Below are positions 1 to 10,900 of a DNA stretch of 64,000 nucleotides, piece by piece. The DNA comes from the human T2T-CHM13v2.0 reference genome, Homo sapiens. The stretch lies in the NCBI RefSeq assembly GCF_009914755.1, contig NC_060933.1; one strand, given 5' to 3'. A model generated the notes under the pieces. The model did not search any database. It had not been told where the DNA came from and saw only the letters and a list, made by a program, of their open reading frames with translations. A program made the translations under genes and the position numbers. Numbering within the stretch: the stretch's first letter is position 1; each line of letters begins with the position of its first letter.

Positions 1-1484
1 TGTAATGGAATGGAATGGAATGGAATGGAATGGAATGGAATGGAATGGAATTAACCCGAACACAATGGAATGGAATGGAATGGAATGGAATGGAGTGGAA
101 TGGAATGGAATCAACCCGAGTGCAGGGGAATGGAATGGAATGGAATGCAATGGAATGGAATCATCCGGAATGGAATGGAATGGAATGGAATGCAAAACAA
201 TGGAATCATCTCGATTGCAATGGAATAGAATGCAATGGAATTAACACGAATAGAATGGAATGGAATGGAATTGAATGGAACAGAAAGGAATGGAATGGAA
301 TGGAATGGAATCAACCCAAGTGCAGGGGAATAGAATGGAATGGAATTCAATGGAATGGAATCATCCGGAATGGAATGGAATGGAATGGAATGGAATGGAA
401 TGGAATGGAATGGAATCAACCCGAGTGCAATGGAATGGAGAGGAATGGAATGGAATGGAATGGAAACTACACGAATCGAATGGATTGTAATGGAGTGTAA
501 GGGAATTGAATAGAATGAATCCGAATGGAATGGAATTGAAAGGAATGGAATGGAATGGAATGGAATGGAATGGAATGGAATGCAATGCCATGGAATCAAC
601 CCGAGTGTAATCGAATGGATTCGAATGGAATGGAATGCAATGGAATGGATTCAACTTGAATGGAATGGAAAGAATGGAATCAACACGAGTGGAATCGCTT
701 GGATTGGAATGGAATGGAATGGAATCAACCCAAGTACAGGGGAATGGAATGGAATGGAATGAAATGGAATGGAATCATCCGTAATGTAATGGAAAGGAAT
801 GGAATGGAATGGAATGGAATGGAATCAACTCTATTGCAATCGAATGGAATGGAATGGAATTAACCCGAATAGAATGGAATGGAATGGAATGGAAAGGAAC
901 GGAGCGGAACGGAATGGAATGGAATGGAATGGAATGGATTGGAATGGAATGGTATGGAATGGAATGGAATGGTACGGAATAGAATGGAATGGAACGAATT
1001 GTAATGGAATGGAATTGAATGGAATGGAATGGAATGGAATGGAATGGAATGGAATCAACGTGAGTGCAGGGGAATGTAATGGAACGGAAAGCAATGGAAT
1101 GCAATCATCCGGAATGGAATGGAATGGAATGGAATGGAATGGAATGGAATGGAATGGAATCAACCCGAGTGCAATGGAATGGAGTGGAATGGAATGGAAT
1201 GGAATGGAACAACCCGAATGGAATGGAATGTAATGGAGAGTAAGGGAGTTGAATAGAATCAATTCGAAAGTAATGGAATGGAATGCAACGGAATGGAATG
1301 GAATGGAATGCAATGGAATGCAATGGAATGGAATCAACCCGAGTATAATGGAATGGAATGGAATGGAATGGAATGGAACGGAATGGAATGGAATGGAATG
1401 GAATGGAATGATACGGAATAGAATGGAATGGAACGAAATGGAATGGAATGGAATGGAATGGAATGGAATGGAATGGAATAGAAT

Positions 1485-4400
1485 CGTTCCGAGTGGAATA
1501 GGAGGGAATGTATTCGAGTGGAATGGAAAGGAATGGAATCAACAAGAGTGGAATGGAAGGGAATAGAATGGAATGGAAACTAATAGAATGGAATCAACCC
1601 GAGTGGAATGGAATGGAAAGGACTGGAATGGAATGGAATGGAATGGAATCAACTCGATTGGAATGGAATGGAATGGAATGGAATGGAATGGAATGGAATG
1701 GAATGGAATGGAATTAACCCGAATACAATGGAAGGGAATGGAATGGAATGGAAACTAATAGAATGGAATCAACCCGAGTGGAATGGAATGGAAAGGACTG
1801 GAATGGAATGGAATGGAATGGAATCAACTCGATTGTAATGGAATGGAATGGAATAGAATGGAATGGAATGGAATGGAATGGAATTAACCCGAATACAATG
1901 GAATGGAATGGAATGGAATGGAATGGAGGGGAATGGAATGGAATCAACCCGAGTGCAGGGTAATGGAATGGAATGGAAATCAATGGAATGGAATCATCCG
2001 GAATGGAATGGAATGGAATGGAATGCAAAGCAATGGAATCAACTCGATTGCAGTGGAATGGAATGGAATGGAAAGGAATACATTGGAATCAACCCGAGTG
2101 GAATGGAATGGAAAGGACTGGAATGGAGTGGAATGGAATGGAATGCAATGGAATGGAATGGAATGGAATCAACTTGATTGGAATGGAATGGAATGGAATG
2201 GAATGGAATGGAATGGAATCAACCCGACTGCAGGGGAATGGAATGGAATGGAATGCAATGGAATGGATTCAACTTGAAAGGAATGGAAAGAATGGAATCA
2301 ACACGAGTGGAATGGCATGGATTGGAATGGAATGGAATGGAATCAACCCGAGTACAGGGGAATGGAATGGAATGGAATGCAATGGAATGCAATCATCCGT
2401 AATGGAATGGAAAGGAATGGAATGGAATGGAATGGAATGGAATGGAATGGAATGGAATCAACTCGATTGCAATCGAATGGAATGGAATGGAATTAACCCA
2501 AATAGAATGGAATGGAATGGAATGGAACGGAACGGAATGGAATGGAATGGAATGGAATGGAATGGAACGGAACGGAACGGAACGGAACGGAATGGAATGG
2601 AACGGAATGGAATGGAATCAACGCGAGTGCAGGGGAATGGAATGGAATGGAATGCCATGGAATGGAATCTTCCGGAATGGAATGGAATGGAATGGAATGG
2701 AATAAACCCGAGTGCAATGGAATGGAGTGGAATGGAATGGAATGGAATGGAACAACCCGAATGGAATGGAATGTAATGGAGAGTAAGGGAGTTGAATAGA
2801 ATCAATCCGAATGTAATGGAATGGAATGGAACGGAATTGAATGGAATGGAATGGAATGGAATGCAATGGAATGGAATCAACCCGAGTTCAATGAAATGGA
2901 GAGGAATGGAAAGGAATGGAATGGAAACTACCCGAATGGAATGGAATGTAATGGAGTGTAAGGGAATTGAATAGAATCAATCCGAATGTAATGGAACGGA
3001 ATGGAACGGAATGGAATGGAATGGAATGGAATGGAATGGAATGGAATGGAATGGAATCGTTCCGAGTGGAATAGGAGGGAATGTATTCGAGTGGAATGGA
3101 AAGGAATGGAATCAACAAGAGTGGAATGGAAGGGAATGGAATGGAATGGAAACTAATAGAATGGAATCAACCCGAGTGGAATGGAATGGAAAGGACTGGA
3201 ATGGAATGGAATGGAATGGAATCAACTCGATTGTAATGGAATGGAATGGAATGGAATGGAATGGAATGGAATGGAATGGAATTAACAAGAATAAAATGGA
3301 AGGGAATGGAATGGAATGGAAACTAATAGAATGGAATCAACCCGAGTGGAATGGAATGGAAAGGACTGGAATGGAATGGAATGGAATGGAATCAACTCGA
3401 TTGTAATGGAATGCAATGGAATGGAATGGAATGGAATGGAATGGAATGGAATTAACCCGAATACAATGAAATGGAATGGAATGGAATGGAATGGAGGGGA
3501 ATGGAATGGAATCAACACGAGTGCAGGGGAATGGAATGGAATGGAATGCAATGGAATGGAATCATCCGGAATGGAATGGAATGGAATGGAATGCAAAGCA
3601 ATGGAATCAACTCGATTGCAGTGGAATGGAATGGAATGGAAAGGAATACATTGGAATCAACCCGAGTGGAATGGAATGGAAAGACTGGAATGGAGTGGAA
3701 TGGAATGGAATGCAATGGAATGGAGTGGAATGGAATCAACTTGATTGGAATGGAATGGAATGGAATGGAATAGAATGGAATCAACCCGACTGCAGGGGAA
3801 TGGAATGGAATGGAATGCAATGGAATGGATTCAACTTGAATGGAATGGAAAGAATGGAATCAACACGAGTGGAATGGCATGGAATGGAATGGAATGGAAT
3901 GGAATCAACCCGAGTACAGGGGAATGGAATGGAATGGAATGCAATGGAATGGAATCATCCGTAATGGAATGGAAAGGAATGGAATGGAATGGAATGGAAT
4001 GGAATGGAATGGAATGGAATGGAATGGAATCAACTCGATAGCAATCGAATGGAATGGAATGGAATTAACCCGAATAGAATGGAATGGAATGGAATGGAAC
4101 GGAACGGAACGGAATGGAATGGAATGGAATGGAATGGAACGGAAAGGAATGGAATGGAATGGAATGGAATGGAATGGAATCAACGCGAGTGCAGGGGAAT
4201 GGAATGGAATGGAATGCAATGGAATGGAATCTTCCGGAATGGAATGGAATGGAATGGAATGGAATGGAATGGAATGGAATAAACCCGAGTGCAATGGAAT
4301 GGATTGGAATGGAATGGAATGGAATGGAACAACCCGAATGGAATGGAATGTAATGGAGACTAAGGGAGTTGAGTAGAATCAATCCGAATGTAATGGAATG

Positions 4401-4630
4401 GAATGGAACGGAATGGAATTGAATGGAATGGAATGGGATGCAATGGAATGGAATCAACCCGAGTGCAATGGAATGGAGAGGAATGGAATGGAATGGAATG
4501 GAAACTACCCGAATGGAATGGAATGTAATGGAGTGTAAGGGAATTGAATAGAATAAATCCGAATGTAATGGAATGGAATGGAACGGAATGGAATGGAATG
4601 GAATGGAATGGAATGGAATGGAATGCAATG
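1485..4630 (+). repeat. ~1.57-kb internal tandem duplication within the 7.3-kb unit (1485-3057 vs 3058-~4630), each copy containing a 170-175-bp tandem duplication
   Basis: CGTTCCGAGTGGAATAGGAGGGAATGTATTCGAG starts at 1485 and 3058. The same downstream word order follows in both copies (GCAAAGCAAT, ATACATTGG, CCCGACTGCAGGGG, CTTCC, AATAAACCCG). GGAAACTAATAG...GGAAAGGACTGG occurs twice per copy (~1575/~1750, ~3148/~3318). Confidence 0.8.
2664..2678 (+). promoter_or_regulatory. Perfect three-unit heat-shock element nGAAn-nTTCn-nGAAn (GGAAT CTTCC GGAAT); first of ~55-60 copies in the window
   Basis: The sequence GGAATCTTCCGGAAT matches the canonical HSF1 trimer site GAAnnTTCnnGAA. Other copies start at 4226, 5049, 9959, 11521, 12334, 13785, 14613, 16401 ... 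63434 and 63524. The motif match is direct; HSF1 occupancy of these particular copies is inferred. Confidence 0.7.
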
Positions 4631-5399
4631 GAATGGAATCAACCCGAGTGCAATCGAATGGAATCGAATGGAATGGAATGCAATGGAATGGATTCAACTT
4701 GAATGGAATGGAAAGAATGGAATCAACACGAGTGGAATGGCATGGATTGGAATGGAATGGAATGGAATCAACCCGAGTACAGGGGAATGGAATGGAATGG
4801 AATGCAATGGAATGGAATCATCCGTAATGGAATGGAAAGGAATGGAATGGAATGGAATGGAATGGAATGGAATGGAATGGAATGGAATCAACTCGATTGC
4901 AGTCGAATGGAATGGAATGGAATTAACCTGAATAGAATGGAATGGAATGGAATGGAACGGAACGGAACGGAACGCAATGGAATGGAATGGAATGGAATGG
5001 AATCAACGCGAGTGCAGGGGAATGGAATGGAATGGAATGCAATGGAATGGAAACTTCCGGAATGGAATGGAATGGAATGAAATGCAATGGATTCAACTTG
5101 ATTGCAATGGAATGGAATAGAATGGAATGGAATGGAATGGAATGGAATTAATCCGAATAGAATGGAATGGAATGGAACGGAATGGAACGGAATGGAATGG
5201 AATGGAATGGAATGGAATGGTATGGAATGGAATGGAATGGTACGGAATAGAATGGAATGGAACGAATTGTAATGGAATGGAATTGAATGGAATGGAATGG
5301 AATGGAATGGAATCAACGCTAGTGCAGGGGAATGTAATGGAACGGAATGCAATGGAATGGAATCATCCGGAATGGAATGGAATGGAATGGAATGGAATG

Positions 5400-7950
5400 G
5401 AATGGAATCAACCCGAGTGCAATGGAATGGAGAGGAATGGAATGGAATGGAATGGAAACTACACGAATCGAATGGATTGTAATGGAGTGTAAGGGAATTG
5501 AATAGAATGAAACCGAATGGAATGGAATTGAAAGGAATGGAATGGAATGGAATGGAATGCAATGCCATGGAATCAACCCGAGTTTAATCGAATGGATTCG
5601 AATGGAATGGAATGCAATGGAATGGATTCAACTTGAATGGAATGGAAAGAATGGAATCAACACGAGTGGAATGACTTGGATTGGAATGGAATGGAATGGA
5701 ATCAACCCGAGTACAGGGGAATGGAATGGAATGGAATGAAATGGAATGGAATTAACCCGAATACAATGGAAGGGAATGGAATGTAATGGAAACTAATTGA
5801 ATGGAATCAACCCGAGTGGAATGGAATGGAAAGGACTGGAATGGAATGGAATGGAATGGAATCAACTCGATTGTAAAGGAATGGAATGGAATGGAATGGA
5901 ATGGAATGGAATGGAATGGAATTAACCCGAACACAATGGAATGGAATGGAATGGAATGGAATGGAGTGGAATGGAATGGAATCAACCCGAGTGCAGGGGA
6001 ATGGAATGGAATGGAATGCAATGGAATGGAATCATCCGGAATGGAATGGAATGGAATGGAATGCAAAACAATGGAATCATCTCGATTGCAATGGAATAGA
6101 ATGGAATGGAATTAACACGAATAGAATGGAATGGAATGGAATTGAATGGAACAGAAAGGAATGGAATGGAATGGAATGGAATCAACCCAAGTGCAGGGGA
6201 ATAGAATGGAATGGAATTCAATGGAATGGAATCATCCGGAATGGAATGGAATTGAATGGAATGGAATGGAATGGAATGGAATGGAATGGAATTAACCCGA
6301 ATACAATGGAAGGGAATGGAATGTAATGGAAACTAATTGAATGGAATCAACCCGAGTGTAATGGAATGGAAAGGACTGGAATGGAATGGAATGGAATGGA
6401 ATCAACTCGATTGTAATGGAATGGAATGGAATGGAATGGAATGGAATGGAATGGAATTAACCCGAATACAATGGAATGGAATGGAATGGAATGGAATGGA
6501 GTGGAATTGAATGGAATCAACCCGAGTGCAGGGGAATGGAATGGAATGGAATGCAATGGAATGGAATCATCCGGAATGGAATGGAATGGAAGGGAATGCA
6601 AAACAATGGAATCATCTCGATTGCAATGGAATAGAATGGAATGGAATTAACACGAATAGAATGGAATGGAATGGAATTGAATGGAACAGAAAGGAATGGA
6701 ATGGAATGGAATGGAATCAACCCAAGTGCAGGGGAATAGAATGGAATGGAATTCAATGGAATGCAATCATCTGGAATGGAATGGAATGGAATGGAATGGA
6801 ATGGAATAGAATGGAATCAACCCGAGTGCAATGGAATGGAGAGGAATGGAATGGAATGGAATGGAAACTACACGAATCGAATGGATTGTAATGGAGTGTA
6901 AGGGAATTGAATAGAATGAATCCGAATGGAATGGAATTGAAAGGAATGGAATGGAATGGAATGGAATGGAATGGAATGCAATGCCATGGAATCAACCCGA
7001 GTTTAATCGAATGGATTCGAATGGAATGGAATGCAATGGAATGGATTCAACTTGAATGGAATGGAAAGAATGGAATCAACACGAGTGGAATGACTTGGAT
7101 TGGAATGGAATGGAATGGAATCAACCCGAGTACAGGGGAATGGAATGGAATGGAATGAAATGGAATGGAATTAACCCGAATACAATGGAAGGGAATGGAA
7201 TGTAATGGAAACTAATTGAGTGGAATCAACCCGACTGGAATGGAATGGAAAGGACTGGAATGGAATGGAATGGAATGGAATCAACTCGATTGTAATGGAA
7301 TGGAATGGAATGGAATGGAATGGAATGGAATGGAATGGAATTAACCCGAACACAATGGAATGGAATGGAATGGAATGGAATGGAGTGGAATGGAATGGAA
7401 TCAACCCGAGTGCAGGGGAATGGAATGGAATGGAATGCAATGGAATGGAATCATCCGGAATGGAATGGAATGGAATGGAATGCAAAACAATGGAATCATC
7501 TCGATTGCAATGGAATAGAATGCAATGGAATTAACACGAATAGAATGGAATGGAATGGAATTGAATGGAACAGAAAGGAATGGAATGGAATGGAATGGAA
7601 TCAACCCAAGTGCAGGGGAATAGAATGGAATGGAATTCAATGGAATGGAATCATCCGGAATGGAATGGAATGGAATGGAATGGAATGGAATGGAATGGAA
7701 TGGAATGGAATCAACCCGAGTGCAATGGAATGGAGAGGAATGGAATGGAATGGAATGGAAACTACACGAATCGAATGGATTGTAATGGAGTGTAAGGGAA
7801 TTGAATAGAATGAATCCGAATGGAATGGAATTGAAAGGAATGGAATGGAATGGAATGGAATGGAATGGAATGCAATGCCATGGAATCAACCCGAGTGTAA
7901 TCGAATGGATTCGAATGGAATGGAATGCAATGGAATGGATTCAACTTGAA
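5400..7950 (+). repeat. Nested 0.54-kb / ~0.88-0.9-kb local duplications at the end of the 7.3-kb unit
   Basis: ATTAACCCGAATACAATGGAAGGGAATGGAATGTAATGGAAACTAATTGA starts at 5751, 6291 and 7170. GGAAACTACACGAATCGAATGGATTG occurs at ~5454, ~6863 and ~7757. GCAAAACAATGGAATCATCTCG occurs at ~6063, ~6598 and ~7482. Confidence 0.75.
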
Positions 7951-10900
7951 TGGAATGGAAAGAATGGAATCAACACGAGTGGAATGGCTTGGATTGGAAT
8001 GGAATGGAATGGAATCAACCCAAGTACAGGGGAATGGAATGGAATGGAATGAAATGGAATGGAATCATCCGTAATGTAATGGAAAGGAATGGAATGGAAT
8101 GGAATGGAATGGAATCAACTCTATTGCAATCGAATGGAATGGAATGGAATTAACCCGAATAGAATGGAATGGAATGGAATGGAAAGGAACGGAGCGGAAC
8201 GGAATGGAATGGAATGGAATGGAATGGATTGGAATGGAATGGTATGGAATGGAATGGAATGGTACGGAATAGAATGGAATGGAACGAATTGTAATGGAAT
8301 GGAATTGAATGGAATGGAATGGAATGGAATGGAATGGAATGGAATCAACGTGAGTGCAGGGGAATGTAATGGAACGGAAAGCAATGGAACGCAATCATCC
8401 GGAATGGAATGGAATGGAATGGAATGGAATGGAATGGAATGGAATGGAATCAACCCGAGTGCAATGGAATGGAGTGGAATGGAATGGAATGGAATGGAAC
8501 AACCCGAATGGAATGGAATGTAATGGAGAGTAAGGGAGTTGAATAGAATCAATTCGAAAGTAATGGAATGGAATGCAACGGAATGGAATGGAATGGAATG
8601 CAATGGAATGCAATGGAATGGAATCAACCCGAGTATAATGGAATGGAATGGAATGGAATGGAATGGAACGGAATGGAATGGAATGGAATGGAATGGAATG
8701 ATACGGAATAGAATGGAATGGAACGAAATGGAATGGAATGGAATGGAATGGAATGGAATGGAATGGAATGGAATAGAATCGTTCCGAGTGGAATAGGAGG
8801 GAATGTATTCGAGTGGAATGGAAAGGAATGGAATCAACAAGAGTGGAATGGAAGGGAATAGAATGGAATGGAAACTAATAGAATGGAATCAACCCGAGTG
8901 GAATGGAATGGAAAGGACTGGAATGGAATGGAATGGAATGGAATCAACTCGATTGGAATGGAATGGAATGGAATGGAATGGAATGGAATGGAATGGAATG
9001 GAATGGAATTAACCCGAATACAATGGAAGGGAATGGAATGGAATGGAAACTAATAGAATGGAATCAACCCGAGTGGAATGGAATGGAAAGGACTGGAATG
9101 GAATGGAATGGAATGGAATCAACTCGATTGTAATGGAATGGAATGGAATAGAATGGAATGGAATGGAATGGAATGGAATTAACCCGAATACAATGGAATG
9201 GAATGGAATGGAATGGAATGGAGGGGAATGGAATGGAATCAACCCGAGTGCAGGGGAATGGAATGGAATGGAATGCAATGGAATGGAATCATCCGGAATG
9301 GAATGGAATGGAATGGAATGCAAAGCAATGGAATCAACTCGATTGCAGTGGAATGGAATGGAATGGAAAGGAATACATTGGAATCAACCCGAGTGGAATG
9401 GAATGGAAAGGACTGGAATGGAGTGGAATGGAATGGAATGCAATGGAATGGAATGGAATGGAATCAACTTGATTGGAATGGAATGGAATGGAATGGAATG
9501 GAATGGAATGGAATCAACCCGACTGCAGGGGAATGGAATGGAATGGAATGCAATGGAATGGATTCAACTTGAAAGGAATGGAAAGAATGGAATCAACACG
9601 AGTGGAATGGCATGGATTGGAATGGAATGGAATGGAATCAACCCGAGTACAGGGGAATGGAATGGAATGGAATGCAATGGAATGCAATCATCCGTAATGG
9701 AATGGAAAGGAATGGAATGGAATGGAATGGAATGGAATGGAATGGAATGGAATCAACTCGATTGCAATCGAATGGAATGGAATGGAATTAACCCAAATAG
9801 AATGGAATGGAATGGAATGGAACGGAACGGAATGGAATGGAATGGAATGGAATGGAATGGAACGGAACGGAACGGAACGGAACGGAATGGAATGGAACGG
9901 AATGGAATGGAATCAACGCGAGTGCAGGGGAATGGAATGGAATGGAATGCCATGGAATGGAATCTTCCGGAATGGAATGGAATGGAATGGAATGGAATAA
10001 ACCCGAGTGCAATGGAATGGAGTGGAATGGAATGGAATGGAATGGAACAACCCGAATGGAATGGAATGTAATGGAGAGTAAGGGAGTTGAATAGAATCAA
10101 TCCGAATGTAATGGAATGGAATGGAACGGAATTGAATGGAATGGAATGGAATGGAATGCAATGGAATGGAATCAACCCGAGTTCAATGAAATGGAGAGGA
10201 ATGGAAAGGAATGGAATGGAAACTACCCGAATGGAATGGAATGTAATGGAGTGTAAGGGAATTGAATAGAATCAATCCGAATGTAATGGAAAGGAATGGA
10301 ACGGAATGGAATGGAATGGAATGGAATGGAATGGAATGGAATGGAATGGAATGGAATCGTTCCGAGTGGAATAGGAGGGAATGTATTCGAGTGGAATGGA
10401 AAGGAATGGAATCAACAAGAGTGGAATGGAAGGGAATGGAATGGAATGGAAACTAATAGAATGGAATCAACCCGAGTGGAATGGAATGGAAAGGACTGGA
10501 ATGGAATGGAATGGAATGGAATCAACTCGATTGTAATGGAATGGAATGGAATGGAATGGAATGGAATGGAATGGAATGGAATTAACAAGAATAAAATGGA
10601 AGGGAATGGAATGGAATGGAAACTAATAGAATGGAATCAACCCGAGTGGAATGGAATGGAAAGGACTGGAATGGAATGGAATGGAATGGAATCAACTCGA
10701 TTGTAATGGAATGCAATGGAATGGAATGGAATGGAATGGAATGGAATGCAATTAACCCGAATACAATGAAATGGAATGGAATGGAATGGAATGGAGGGGA
10801 GTGGAATGGAATCAACACGAGTGCAGGGGAATGGAATGGAATGGAATGCAATGGAATGGAATCATCCGGAATGGAATGGAATGGAATGGAATGCAAAGCA

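Noticed and set aside
121-130. GCAGGGG tracts as G-quadruplex seeds
   Set aside because: These are isolated G4 runs hundreds of bases apart, with no cluster of four G3+ tracts.
1615-1627. GGACT as a canonical m6A DRACH site
   Set aside because: A 5-mer one substitution away from GGAAT carries no information without RNA modification data.
4741-4752. GGATTGG as a reverse CCAAT (NF-Y) box
   Set aside because: The flanks (TTCCAATCC) do not fit the RRCCAAT consensus, and it is a single A>T change from GGAAT expected to be common.
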